Assembly (NCBI GenBank): GCA_002771135.1
Contig: PCXO01000005.1
Coordinates: 38,061 to 102,060, forward strand
DNA length: 64,000 bases
Source of the DNA: Candidatus Yanofskybacteria bacterium CG10_big_fil_rev_8_21_14_0_10_46_23
GTDB taxonomy: Bacteria > Patescibacteriota > Minisyncoccia > 2-02-FULL-40-12 > IGHO2-12-FULL-4
Direction of reading: 5' to 3'
Position numbers and translations under genes: made by a program. Shown piece by piece: positions 54,784 through 64,000 of this stretch (within the stretch, counting starts at the first letter, position 1; every line of letters starts with the position of its first letter). The notes beneath the pieces are model-generated. The model did not search any database and was not told where the DNA came from. It saw only the letters and a program-made list of their open reading frames with translations.

Positions 54784-56670
54784 ATGGCCACCAAGATTAT
54801 CCACGTTCTAAAGAGTGATACCTTTGAAGAGGTAATGGCAGAACTAAAGGGCGCCGAGGCGGATGAAGTTATTTTTATATTCCCGAAATCAAGTAAATTT
54901 GAAGCCGAAGAGACTAATTTTGAAGAATTAAAATCGCTCGCTGACAAGAAGAAAAAAAATGTGACCATAATGGGCGGTCACCATCTAGAAACAGTCGCGA
55001 CTGAGTTCGGATTTCATTTTGTCCCCTCTCAAGTTAACGAAAAAACTGTCGAGTCAAAATCGGAGATAGAAGAGACCCTTGAGGCGATCGACGATGAGGT
55101 CGAAGAGCAACAGGAAGAAGACACCGAGGTTAGTTTTGAGGTTGAAAAGGAATTGGAGGAAGAATTTGGCGAAGATACACCTATTGAAGAAACTGACTTT
55201 GATGATCCGCAAAGTATCAGTGAGCCCGCGGTTATTGACTCGCCTGAAAATGAATCCGAGGCGGTTGCCCAATTGGCGGCTTCTCGGGCCGGGATGACCG
55301 ACATTATTCCGCCCAATCAGGGGGATCGGTCGCTAAAAATCAAGAAGGAGGGGGTAGCTAAAAGAGAGTCTGTCCCTCTAGCCGTGTTACCGCAACCGGG
55401 AGAAAAATACTCGCCGAAGGCGCTGATCGAAACTGAGCGCGACAAGATGTCAAAGGCATGGCTGGGACGGTTTTATAAAAAAAGCAACGGAGATGACAAT
55501 TTAAGATCAAAATCCAAAAAAGTCTCGCCCCCTAAAAAGAAACGGGGCATTCTATGGTTTGTTATCGGGGCCTTAATCGTTTTAGCTTTAATAATCTACA
55601 GCACCTTTGGCGAGGCCAAGGTTATCGTTACTCCCAAAACCCAACAACTTGATTTTCAAATCGATGCCAGCACCTCAAGTCGATTTAGCCGGGTGGACAC
55701 TTCTTTTAACACAATTCCCGGAGAATTCTTCAGTATTGAAAAATCGGGACAAGAGACAATCAAGGCAAGTGGTCAAAAAGAGGTTTCTCAAAAAGCCCGC
55801 GGGAAAATAACCGTATTTAACGAGTCGGGGACGGAGCCTCAAAGGCTGGTCGCGACGACTCGCTTTGAGACCACCGACGGCTTAATTTTTAGAACGCCCG
55901 AGGCGATAACCGTCCCCGGCGCAAAAGTTTCTGACGGGAAAATAGTTGAACCGGGGAAAATTGAGATCGAAGTAATCGCGGATCAGCCCGGAGAAAATTA
56001 TAACGTCGCTTCAGGCCGTCTGACCATTCCGGGATTCAAGGGGAGCGACAAATTCGATAAGTTCTATGCCACCCCAAATGGTTCCTTCTCGGGGGGGATT
56101 GTCGGTCTTGCCAACATCGTCACACAAAGTGATTTAGATAAAATTGAAACCACTCTTTCATCGAAATTAAAGAGTGAAGTTGCCCAAGCCGTCACCGGGC
56201 AATCCCGTGAACTAACGGTCATTGACTCTGTTGAGCCCGAGATAATTGAAAAAACATTCAGTCACAAAGTCGGAGAAGCAACCGATGAAGTTAGTCTCAC
56301 TTTAACTTTGCGAGTCGCCACAATTGCCTTTAGAGAAAACGACGCCATCGCCTTGGTTGATCAGTTTATTCAAAAAACCGGCGATCTTGAGCTGGTCAAA
56401 TCCGCCTTAAATATTGACTATCAAAATCCAAAAATTGACAAGGAGAATGAAACCCTGGACTTCACCATGAAGGTAACGGGGAGAGCCGGAGTCCGGATAG
56501 ATACCGAAATCCTCACTCAGAAATTAATCGGTTTAAGGGAAGCCGCGATCCGCGAAGTCATTAATCAAATCCAAGAGATTGAATCCGCTCGAATTATCTT
56601 GTCGCCTTTCTGGGTCAAGCGAATCCCCGAGGACCCCAATAAAGTAAAAGTAGAAATATCCTACGAATAA
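54784..56670 (+). CDS. hypothetical membrane-anchored protein: cytoplasmic N-domain, acidic low-complexity region, single TM, large extracytoplasmic C-domain
   Basis: 628 aa; acidic tract EETLEAIDDEVEEQQEEDTEVSFEVEKELEEEFGED; TM ILWFVIGALIVLALIIY. Confidence 0.45.
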   Translation: MATKIIHVLKSDTFEEVMAELKGAEADEVIFIFPKSSKFEAEETNFEELKSLADKKKKNVTIMGGHHLETVATEFGFHFVPSQVNEKTVESKSEIEETLEAIDDEVEEQQEEDTEVSFEVEKELEEEFGEDTPIEETDFDDPQSISEPAVIDSPENESEAVAQLAASRAGMTDIIPPNQGDRSLKIKKEGVAKRESVPLAVLPQPGEKYSPKALIETERDKMSKAWLGRFYKKSNGDDNLRSKSKKVSPPKKKRGILWFVIGALIVLALIIYSTFGEAKVIVTPKTQQLDFQIDASTSSRFSRVDTSFNTIPGEFFSIEKSGQETIKASGQKEVSQKARGKITVFNESGTEPQRLVATTRFETTDGLIFRTPEAITVPGAKVSDGKIVEPGKIEIEVIADQPGENYNVASGRLTIPGFKGSDKFDKFYATPNGSFSGGIVGLANIVTQSDLDKIETTLSSKLKSEVAQAVTGQSRELTVIDSVEPEIIEKTFSHKVGEATDEVSLTLTLRVATIAFRENDAIALVDQFIQKTGDLELVKSALNIDYQNPKIDKENETLDFTMKVTGRAGVRIDTEILTQKLIGLREAAIREVINQIQEIESARIILSPFWVKRIPEDPNKVKVEISYE

Positions 56671-56739
56671 CCCGATCTCCCAAAAAGATTGACGTCGGGC
56701 GCTTTAACTGCTAGGATACTTCGGTAATTATTTAATAAA

Positions 56740-56955
56740 TTGTCTGAGAAAAACAACAAGGAACGAGTCGAGGGGGTCGTTACAAAAACCCTGCCAGATA
56801 CAAAATTTATAGTCGAATTAGAGGGTGGCAAAGAAATCCTCGCGTACTTGTCCGGCAAGATGCGCCTCAACTATATCAAAGTTTTGACGGGGGATACGGT
56901 TCAACTAGAACTAAGTCCCGATCAGACAAAAGGGAGGATCGTTTATCGAAAATAA
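56740..56955 (+). CDS. infA: translation initiation factor IF-1
   Basis: S1-like fold [61 protein letters not shown]; TTG start. Confidence 0.85.
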   Translation: MSEKNNKERVEGVVTKTLPDTKFIVELEGGKEILAYLSGKMRLNYIKVLTGDTVQLELSPDQTKGRIVYRK

Positions 56956-57011
56956 CGATTTAATTGTGTTAACCACTTCTGACTATTCGGGTCGTCGTGG
57001 ATTTTTGTTTC

Positions 57012-57125
57012 ATGAAAGTACGGACTTCCGTTAAAAAGATGTGTAAGCAATGCAAAATCGTCCGCCGAAACGGGAAGGTTTACTGTATTTGTAAAAATCC
57101 GAAACATAAACAACGTCAAGGCTAA
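57012..57125 (+). CDS. rpmJ: 50S ribosomal protein L36
   Basis: [37 protein letters not shown] (37 aa, zinc-ribbon C-x2-C-x12-C-x-C); not in the ORF track (<60 aa). Confidence 0.85.
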   Translation: MKVRTSVKKMCKQCKIVRRNGKVYCICKNPKHKQRQG

Positions 57126-57133
57126 ATTAATTT

Positions 57134-57523
57134 ATGGCCGTAAGAATTTCCGGGGTTAATATCCCCGAAGAAAAAAGAATAGAGATTGCCCTGACTTATG
57201 TCTTTGGCATTGGCAATGTCACCAGCAATATAATACTGAAAACGGCCAAAATCGACCCCAATAAACGCACTAAAGATTTAACCGCCGATGAGGTCAGCGC
57301 GATCCAAGGGGTGATTGATAGAAATTATACGATTGAGGGAGACTTGCGACGGGAAATTACAAATAGTATAAAACGACTTCGCGATATCAATACTTGGCGC
57401 GGCTCCCGACACACGAAAAAATTACCCATTCATGGCCGAAGCAAAACCAATTCGCGAACCATTCGAGGTAACGTTCGTCGCTCCGCCGGTTCGGGTAGAA
57501 AACCGACCGCTCAGAAAACATAA
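57134..57523 (+). CDS. rpsM: 30S ribosomal protein S13
   Basis: [27 protein letters not shown]... Confidence 0.9.
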   Translation: MAVRISGVNIPEEKRIEIALTYVFGIGNVTSNIILKTAKIDPNKRTKDLTADEVSAIQGVIDRNYTIEGDLRREITNSIKRLRDINTWRGSRHTKKLPIHGRSKTNSRTIRGNVRRSAGSGRKPTAQKT

Positions 57524-57525
57524 TC

Positions 57526-57957
57526 ATGGGTAAAAAAAGAATTGTCACAAAAGAAGGAGGCTCCGTCTCAAAACAAAATGTTCGAGTCTCCAAAAAAGCC
57601 CGCAAGCGAAAAGTTACTCGCGGGATTGTTCATGTCTCGTCATCTTTTAATAACACCATCGTCTCTATCGCCGACCCAAATGGCGAAGTTTTTGCCTGGT
57701 CTTCGTCCGGCAATCTAGGTTTTCGGGGCGCTCGAAAATCAACCCCCTACGCGGCAACCCTCGTCGCCCAGAACGCTGCCGAGAAAGCAAAAGTTTCTGG
57801 ATTAATGGAGGTGGCCGTTCGAGTTCGCGGAGTTGGCCCCGGTCGAGAAGCCGCTATCCGGGGGTTGATTAGCGCCGGCTTAGAAGTTACGGAAATTAGC
57901 GACGAGACCCCTTTGCCCCACAACGGCGCCCGCCCCCGAAAGGCTCGCCGAGTTTAA
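57526..57957 (+). CDS. rpsK: 30S ribosomal protein S11
   Basis: [45 protein letters not shown]. Confidence 0.9.
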   Translation: MGKKRIVTKEGGSVSKQNVRVSKKARKRKVTRGIVHVSSSFNNTIVSIADPNGEVFAWSSSGNLGFRGARKSTPYAATLVAQNAAEKAKVSGLMEVAVRVRGVGPGREAAIRGLISAGLEVTEISDETPLPHNGARPRKARRV

Positions 57958-57972
57958 GATTTAATAAATATT

Positions 57973-58608
57973 ATGGCACGCTATCGAGGACCCAAAGAAA
58001 AATTAGAACGCCGAATCGGTGTGAAACTCTCCCTAAAAGGCGAGCGTTCTCTTTCGCCTAAAGCGGCAATGGTTCGCCGACCCTATCCTCCCGGAATGCA
58101 CGGGAACAAGCGCCTGCGAAGACTTTCTGAATATGGAACCCAGCTTAAGACAAAACAAAAAGTCCGGTACATTTATCGCCTCATGGAAAAGAAATTCCGA
58201 CGCTATGTTGATGAAGCCATGAAATCTCGATCGGAAACGGCTGAATTACTGGTAAGGTCTTTGGAACAACGGCTCGACAACATTATTTATCGATCCGGCA
58301 TCGCTCAGTCCCGAGATCAAGCTCGACAGATTGTAAACCACGGCCATATTTTAGTTAATGGGAAAAAGGTCTCAATTCCTTCCTACCAAGTAAAGAAAGG
58401 GGATATTATTTCTATTCGACCGGGGAGCCAGAAGACTAAGTTCTTTTCTACCTTAGTCCCTGATTGGATTGAAAAGATAAGTTGCCCGTCGTGGATGAAT
58501 GTCGATACAAAATCTCAAAAAGCAACGATCACCGGCGTTCCAAATTTAGAAGAAAGTGGATTAGAACAGAATGATTTAAAGACTATCGTTGAGTTCTATT
58601 CTCGATAG
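57973..58608 (+). CDS. rpsD: 30S ribosomal protein S4
   Basis: MARYRGPKEKLERRIGVKL...; S4 RNA-binding domain. Confidence 0.9.
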   Translation: MARYRGPKEKLERRIGVKLSLKGERSLSPKAAMVRRPYPPGMHGNKRLRRLSEYGTQLKTKQKVRYIYRLMEKKFRRYVDEAMKSRSETAELLVRSLEQRLDNIIYRSGIAQSRDQARQIVNHGHILVNGKKVSIPSYQVKKGDIISIRPGSQKTKFFSTLVPDWIEKISCPSWMNVDTKSQKATITGVPNLEESGLEQNDLKTIVEFYSR

Positions 58609-58630
58609 ACTCCGATAGCAAAAAATAATT

Positions 58631-59386
58631 ATGATCCAGCTACCAGAAAAATTTAAGAAAATCTCCGAAAGTGGCCATACGGCCAGTTTCGAAATTTCGC
58701 CCCTTTACCCGGGCTATGGCGTGACCATCGGAAACGCGATTCGTCGAGTTCTTTTGTCATCCCTAGATGGCTCGGCGATAACCTCCGTCAAAATTAAGGG
58801 CGTTGACCATGAATTTTCAAACTTGGCTGGATCAATGGAAGACGTTATCGAGATAATCATCAATCTAAAGCAAATTCGATTGAATTTATTTACGGAAGGA
58901 CCGATTACCCTCAAGGTTAAAGCTAAGGGAGAAAAGAAAGTCACCGCCAAAGATATCGAAACCACTGCCGATGTCGAGATCGCTAACCCGGACCAAATTA
59001 TTGCCACCCTTACCGACAAAAAAGCGGAATTAGATATGGAAATAACCGTTGAGCGGGGAGTGGGCTACGTCCCGGCAGAGTTACAGCAGAAAGAAAAATT
59101 GAGTGTTGGGGTCATTATGGTTGACGCAATTTTTTCTCCGGTCCAATTCGCTAATTTCAAAGTTGAAAATATTCGAGTCGGTGATCGGACCGATTACAAC
59201 AAACTGATGCTCGATATCCAGACAGACGGGACGATCTCTCCACAAGAAGCGCTTCAACGGGCAAGCTATCTTTTGATAAATGGATTTCAATCTATCGTAG
59301 GAGAAGAACTCAGCACCGCCAAAGTTGTCGAGGCGGAAGAAAAGCCGAAAAAGACCCCCAAAACAAAGAAGCCCGCGAAGAAATAA
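58631..59386 (+). CDS. rpoA: DNA-directed RNA polymerase subunit alpha, N-terminal domain only with a Lys-rich C-terminal tail
   Basis: Alpha-NTD dimerisation/assembly fold (ISPLYPGYGVTIGNAIRRVLLSS...); 251 aa, ending in EEKPKKTPKTKKPAKK in place of an alpha-CTD. Confidence 0.8.
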   Translation: MIQLPEKFKKISESGHTASFEISPLYPGYGVTIGNAIRRVLLSSLDGSAITSVKIKGVDHEFSNLAGSMEDVIEIIINLKQIRLNLFTEGPITLKVKAKGEKKVTAKDIETTADVEIANPDQIIATLTDKKAELDMEITVERGVGYVPAELQQKEKLSVGVIMVDAIFSPVQFANFKVENIRVGDRTDYNKLMLDIQTDGTISPQEALQRASYLLINGFQSIVGEELSTAKVVEAEEKPKKTPKTKKPAKK

Positions 59387-59388
59387 CC

Positions 59389-59739
59389 ATGAATAAGTTT
59401 AAGAAAGGTCGAAAATTCGGGAGAGTTAGGAACCAAAGAATTGCCCTGATCCGAAACTTGGCCGGTGATTTTATAATGCAAGAAAAAATTGAGACCAGCC
59501 TTGCCAAGGCTAAGAGCTTGCGACCTTTCGTGGAAAAATTAATTACTAAGGGAAAAATGCAAACCTTAGCCAACCGCAAACAATTAGCTACCCAGCTACC
59601 CGAAAAAGCCGCTAAAAAAGTCTACGACGACCTAGGCCAAAGATTTAAAGATCGAGCCGGGGGCTACACCCGAATCACAAAGTTACCCCCGCGACGAGGT
59701 GATGGTTCGGAACGAGCCATAATTGAATTCGTCTCCTAA
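59389..59739 (+). CDS. rplQ: 50S ribosomal protein L17
   Basis: GRKFGRVRNQRIALIRNLAGDFIMQEKIETSLAKAKSLRPFVEKLITKGK. Confidence 0.9.
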   Translation: MNKFKKGRKFGRVRNQRIALIRNLAGDFIMQEKIETSLAKAKSLRPFVEKLITKGKMQTLANRKQLATQLPEKAAKKVYDDLGQRFKDRAGGYTRITKLPPRRGDGSERAIIEFVS

Positions 59740-59743
59740 GATT

Positions 59744-60085
59744 ATGAATGTGACTAACATTGACGCAACAAACCAAAGCTTTGGAAGGTTAGCCAGCCAG
59801 GTGGCCAAGATTTTAATTGGTAAAACTCGGCCGACCTATCAGCCCCACATAATGCCCAAAGAGCAGGTTGTCGTTGAGAATATCGACAAAATAAAATTTA
59901 CCGGAAATAAATTTACCTCCAAAAAATATTATCGCTATTCGGGTTATCATGGTGGGATTACCAAAGAAATCCTAGATGAAAAATGGTCTAAAAACTCTAG
60001 AAAAGTTCTGACCAAGACTATCTTCGATATGTTGCCCAAGAATAAACTCCGGAGCGAAATTATTAAAAACTTAATTATAAAATAA
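59744..60085 (+). CDS. rplM: 50S ribosomal protein L13
   Basis: ATG 59744: MNVTNIDATNQSFGRLASQVAKILIGKTRPTYQPH... Confidence 0.85.
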   Translation: MNVTNIDATNQSFGRLASQVAKILIGKTRPTYQPHIMPKEQVVVENIDKIKFTGNKFTSKKYYRYSGYHGGITKEILDEKWSKNSRKVLTKTIFDMLPKNKLRSEIIKNLIIK

Positions 60086-60087
60086 AC

Positions 60088-60558
60088 ATGGCTGAAGAAA
60101 AGACAAAAACAAAAAAGGAGAAAGGGGCGACCCCCGAAGTCGATGAACAATACTATGAAGCTGTCGGCCGACGGAAGGAATCGGTGGCGCGAGTTCGAAT
60201 TATCACCCAAAAGGTCACTGACGCCCAAAAGGAGGGGCAGGCGCAAATAACGATAAACGGCAAGCCCCACACGGAATATATTCCCCAGGCGGAACTTCAG
60301 CAAATTGTAGAATCGCCTCTCCAAAGGCTCAAATCAATTGATCGATTTAAAGCCATCATTAAAGTCTCTGGCGGGGGAATCCGAGGACAGGCCGATGCGA
60401 TTAGGCACGGCATCTCTCGAGCCTTAGTTAAATTTGATGACAATTTTGGGAAGAAAATGCGCCGGGCCGGTTTTCTAACACGGGACTCTCGAATTAAAGA
60501 GCGGAAGAAATATGGCCTTAAAAAAGCTCGCCGAGCGCCGCAGTGGAGCAAGCGATAA
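60088..60558 (+). CDS. rpsI: 30S ribosomal protein S9
   Basis: YYEAVGRRKESVARVRII...GGGIRGQADAIRHGISRAL...KARRAPQWSKR. Confidence 0.9.
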   Translation: MAEEKTKTKKEKGATPEVDEQYYEAVGRRKESVARVRIITQKVTDAQKEGQAQITINGKPHTEYIPQAELQQIVESPLQRLKSIDRFKAIIKVSGGGIRGQADAIRHGISRALVKFDDNFGKKMRRAGFLTRDSRIKERKKYGLKKARRAPQWSKR

Positions 60559-60563
60559 GGCTT

Positions 60564-61496
60564 TTAGATTTCTAAGTAGATATATTTATCCGAGAATTTA
60601 ATCAGGAGGCGACCATCCGATTGAGACTTAATTTCGTCTATGTTGGCCTCAGTAAATACAGTATAAACATTCCGGTTACTTCGACCGTCAAGCTCTACGA
60701 AAAAAATATTGTTCCTGGCTTTCACAAAAAGATGGTCATCCGTCTTGAACCAATCAAGCGCGTCTATTTCCGAAGAGGTTTCCAAAATTATTTCTTCATC
60801 TCCAGCCAAGTGAATCGGCTGATAAGAAGTATCCTTCAACCAGATGACCCCTACCTGATCGGCGCTTCGCCAAGCAATTCGATCCCTTCGTTTATTGATA
60901 ACAAAATCATCCACGCCGGATTCCATAACTTCAAGATTGTCTCCGGTTAGTTTGTATAAAATGCCTCCCCGGGCGGTTTTAATCAGAACAATATCGACTC
61001 CCCCCAGACGCTCCACCTTCTTTACGGCCTTTGGCTCAACAGCCAAAGTTTGGCTAATCGTTTCAAAAGTCCCGGAATTTGGGTCAATGACCTCCGCTAA
61101 AGATTCCAACTCGTCCGAGACGGAAGCTATTTCAATCTTTGGAGTTTTTGTGACCAAATAAACCGAGGGAAAATTGGTTAATTCGCCGGCCCGAACCGTA
61201 GCCGTTTTCCCCCAGTCATAAAAACCATCCTTAGTTATTTTTATTTGATAATCCCGCGGACGTAAACGTCCCTTTTCAAAAACATCACTCAGCCCGGAGA
61301 GGGAGCTCTGAGTTTTATTGTCAAACAAAACTTTGCCGGAAGTTTGGGCACTGACTCGAATTGACCCGGTCTTAACAATCTTTCCCTCGGCGAAACTGTA
61401 AACATAGCCCTGAGCATATAGAGTAACGCCGATACTGATGAGGATAAAGGCCCCTAGAGACAAATAAAATAGGATGTTTCGACTTCTTTTCTCCAT
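60564..61496 (-). CDS. hypothetical secreted/membrane-anchored protein (possible beta-propeller-like repeats)
   Basis: 310 aa; N-terminal TM; beta-rich; no recognisable motif. Confidence 0.4.
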   Translation of the reverse strand: MEKRSRNILFYLSLGAFILISIGVTLYAQGYVYSFAEGKIVKTGSIRVSAQTSGKVLFDNKTQSSLSGLSDVFEKGRLRPRDYQIKITKDGFYDWGKTATVRAGELTNFPSVYLVTKTPKIEIASVSDELESLAEVIDPNSGTFETISQTLAVEPKAVKKVERLGGVDIVLIKTARGGILYKLTGDNLEVMESGVDDFVINKRRDRIAWRSADQVGVIWLKDTSYQPIHLAGDEEIILETSSEIDALDWFKTDDHLFVKARNNIFFVELDGRSNRNVYTVFTEANIDEIKSQSDGRLLIKFSDKYIYLEI

Positions 61497-61606
61497 GACT
61501 TTATTATGCCATAAATTTATGCATATTTCAAATAAAGGCCTCTGGATATAATTTGATTCGTTAGGGTCGAAATGATAGGGTGGAGACGCAATAAGACCTC
61601 CAATTT

Positions 61607-62614
61607 ATGTTTAACCGAAAAATCGGCATTGATTTAGGGACGACCAACACTCTGGTTTTTTTACCTAATAAGGGTATCGTTATCCGCGAACCCTCCGCGG
61701 TTGCCATTTCTGTTTTGGATAATTCGATAATGGCCGTGGGGGATCAAGCCAAGGAGATGGTTGGTCGGACCCCGGACAGTATTATTGTTTCTCGACCCCT
61801 GAAAGAGGGCGTCATCGCTGATTATCGAGTAACCGAAGCAATGCTTCGCTACTTCATAAAAAAAGCCAGTAGCAGTTTTAACATTTTCAAACCCGAGGTC
61901 CTTGTCTCCATCCCGGCCGGGATTACCTCCACCGAAAGACGGGCCGTCATTGAAGCAACCATAAATGCCGGCGCTCGATCGGTCTATCTCGTTAAGGAGC
62001 CGGTCTTGGCAGCCATCGGGGCCGGGATATCAATCAACAGTCCTTCGGGCAACATGATTTTAAATATTGGGGGCGGGACAACGGAGATTGCCGTTGTCAG
62101 CCTCGGCGGGATTGTGACTTCGTCTTCGGCCAGAATCGGCGGGAATAGAATTGATCAAGCTATTGTTGATTATATTAAGAAGCATCATGGCCTCGCGATT
62201 GGGGATCGGACGGCCGAATTAATAAAGATCGCCATTGGGAGCGCCGTTAAACAAACACAGGAAGAACGAATAAATATCCGGGGGCGAGATTTAACCTCCG
62301 GCTATCCAAAGATTGTTGAAATTACCTCCAATGAAATAACCGAGGCGATTCAGGAGCAACTTCAGGAGATAATCCAGACCGTAAAAAATGTTCTTCAGGA
62401 CACCCCCCCCGAACTCTGCTCGGACATTATGGATAAGGGGATTATGATTTCCGGCGGGGGCGCCCTGATTAAAAATATCGACACCCTCGTCACTCGAGTT
62501 ACGGGCGTACCGGCCCAGATTGCCGATGAACCACTTCTTTGTGTCGCCAAGGGGACCGGAGTCGTCTTGGATAGCCTCGATGTCTATAAACGTAATATCG
62601 TCTCGAAAAAATAA
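61607..62614 (+). CDS. MreB-like actin-family ATPase (second paralog)
   Basis: MFNRKIGIDLGTTNTLVFLPNKGIVIREPSAVAI; 335 aa; not followed by mreCD. Confidence 0.8.
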   Translation: MFNRKIGIDLGTTNTLVFLPNKGIVIREPSAVAISVLDNSIMAVGDQAKEMVGRTPDSIIVSRPLKEGVIADYRVTEAMLRYFIKKASSSFNIFKPEVLVSIPAGITSTERRAVIEATINAGARSVYLVKEPVLAAIGAGISINSPSGNMILNIGGGTTEIAVVSLGGIVTSSSARIGGNRIDQAIVDYIKKHHGLAIGDRTAELIKIAIGSAVKQTQEERINIRGRDLTSGYPKIVEITSNEITEAIQEQLQEIIQTVKNVLQDTPPELCSDIMDKGIMISGGGALIKNIDTLVTRVTGVPAQIADEPLLCVAKGTGVVLDSLDVYKRNIVSKK

Positions 62615-62615
62615 T

Positions 62616-63716
62616 ATGGCCTCTAAGCTCAAAATTGCACTTGTCCATGACTGGCTAATGGCTCTGGGCGGAGCAGAAAAAACCCTGCGAGAAATGCATC
62701 GGTTATTTCCGGAAGCCCCGATTTTTACACTTTTTCGAAGTGAAAAATTTACCAACGCATTTCTCCCTCAAGCTAAAATAAAGACGACGTTCCTGCAAAA
62801 ATCAGTTCAGCGAGGGCGCCGTTACAGAACTCTTCTACCCCTAATGGGCACCGCGGTTGAATCAATTGATTTAAGCGGATATGACATTGTCATCTCTTCA
62901 AGCGCCTCCTTTACAAAGGGGGTCATTACCGACCCCCAGACAAAACACATTTGTTACTGCTACAGCCCGACTCGTTTTCTATGGGATTGGCACGCCGAAT
63001 ATAAGAGACAAAACCGTTACGGGTTGATTAGCGCGTTGGCCCAGCACACTATTCGGTTTTGGGACCAGCAGGCCGCTCAGCGACCCGACTACATGGTGGC
63101 CATCTCAAAAACTGTCCAAGCCAGAATAAAAAAATATTACCGACGAGATTCCGAGGTTATTTATCCTCCGGTTGATTTTATCCCGCCGACCCAAAATCAA
63201 CATCCGCAACAACAACCCTTCTATCTGATTGTCAGCCGCCTTTACGCTCACAAAAACATTGACATCGCGATTCAAGCTTTTAATAAACTTGGGCATAATT
63301 TGGTTATAATTGGTGATGGCCCGGAGCGCAAAAACCTGGAGAAGCAATCCGGAGCCAATATAACTTTTCTGGGCTTCCTTGATGACTCCGCCGTTCACGA
63401 TTATTATAGTAAGTGTTTAGCCTTTATCATGCCTCAAGAAGAAGATTTCGGTCTGACCCCGATCGAGGCCATGTTTCATGGCCGACCGGTCTTAGCCTTG
63501 AATCGGGGAGGCGCCAAAGAATATATCCTAGAGAATATTAACGGCGAGTTTTTCCAAAGCCCCACCCCGGAAGTTCTGGCCGATGGCGTTCGAAGACTCA
63601 GTGAAAATCTTGCCACTTATAGCCCCGAGCTGATCAAGAAAACAGCCAATCGCTTTACCGTAAAAAGGTTTCACTCTGAATTTAAGGCTTTGGTTGATAA
63701 AATTGCTCGTGAATAA
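62616..63716 (+). CDS. glycosyltransferase family 4 (GT-B, retaining)
   Basis: ATG 62616 (MASKLKIALVHDWLMALGGAEKTL); C-terminal EDFGLTPIEAMFHGRPVLALNRGGAKEYI E-x7-E motif. Confidence 0.75.
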   Translation: MASKLKIALVHDWLMALGGAEKTLREMHRLFPEAPIFTLFRSEKFTNAFLPQAKIKTTFLQKSVQRGRRYRTLLPLMGTAVESIDLSGYDIVISSSASFTKGVITDPQTKHICYCYSPTRFLWDWHAEYKRQNRYGLISALAQHTIRFWDQQAAQRPDYMVAISKTVQARIKKYYRRDSEVIYPPVDFIPPTQNQHPQQQPFYLIVSRLYAHKNIDIAIQAFNKLGHNLVIIGDGPERKNLEKQSGANITFLGFLDDSAVHDYYSKCLAFIMPQEEDFGLTPIEAMFHGRPVLALNRGGAKEYILENINGEFFQSPTPEVLADGVRRLSENLATYSPELIKKTANRFTVKRFHSEFKALVDKIARE

Positions 63717-63720
63717 AATA

Positions 63721-64000
63721 AAATCGATTCAAAAAGTTGCCGTCATTGTTTTGCAATTCAATAACTCCGAAAGCACAAAAGCCTGTTTGGCTTCGATTCT
63801 TGAGAGTTTAATTCGACCCGATTTAATTATCGTCGTTGATAATGCCTCCAACCCCGAGCATCTGGGTAACCTGAAAAGTTTCATCTCGGATAAGCCGGAA
63901 ATTGAATTGATCGAGAGCTCGGGGAATAGTGGCTACTCGGGGGGCAACAATCTGGGCATAAAGAGAGCCCTGTCTCAAGGAGTCGAGGCTGTCTTTATTT
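63721..64000 (+). CDS. glycosyltransferase family 2, N-terminal fragment (3' end outside window; start codon uncertain)
   Basis: KVAVIVLQFNNSESTKACLASILESLIRPDLIIVVDNASNP - typical GT2 N-terminal DxD-region; no canonical ATG, so possibly a rare start. Confidence 0.45.

Noticed and set aside
1-64000. Searched for CRISPR arrays and rRNA genes.
   Set aside because: I saw no regularly spaced direct repeats with unique spacers anywhere in the window. I also saw no 16S, 23S or 5S signature sequences. The only repeat structures are the tRNA-end fragments and hairpin motifs reported above.

Overview
This 64 kb window is low-GC (about 42%) and gene-dense, and looks like a small-genome bacterium, probably a Candidate Phyla Radiation / Patescibacteria-type genome. 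Supporting observations: AlaRS lacks the C-Ala domain, DnaX is short and gamma-like, RpoA lacks the alpha-CTD, small GIY-YIG genes sit beside tRNAs, and there are many glycosyltransferases. Most of the window is housekeeping: the RseP C-terminus, ProS, an MreB-MreC-MreD-PBP2 cluster, GreA, LysS, SerS, a class IV aminotransferase, an FtsQ-like protein, DnaX, TypA, a DEAD-box helicase, a frameshifted ABC exporter, YbaB, YceI, MsrA, a ZIP transporter, VKOR, MnmA, iPGM, RNase Y, HU, AlaS, an IF1-L36-S13-S11-S4-RpoA-L17 block plus L13-S9, a second MreB paralog and GT4/GT2 glycosyltransferases. There are six tRNA genes: Gln, Thr, Gly, Arg, Pro and His. The accessory content is concentrated in three places. 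(1) About 31.9-35.7 kb: a compact 328-aa reverse transcriptase preceded by a roughly 190-nt GC-rich structured non-coding region bounded by 11-12 nt inverted repeats, and followed by two tightly coupled proteins (437 and 343 aa) with no recognisable domains. This is a retron-like candidate defence system. (2) About 38.8-43.2 kb: an AT-rich island with a convergent, 3'-overlapping gene pair. One partner is a candidate restriction endonuclease. The other is a C5-cytosine DNA methyltransferase fused N-terminally to a complete autoproteolytic LexA (S24) domain. The island also holds an unknown membrane protein and a truncated helicase/res fragment. (3) GIY-YIG endonuclease cassettes next to tRNA genes, flanked by partial tRNA-end duplications and UUCG-tetraloop-rich structured spacers. 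Other oddities: a Cys/Arg-rich 70-aa ORF with a perfect RBS, two frame junctions at homopolymer tracts, and several small RBS-led ORFs. No rRNA and no CRISPR array were seen.
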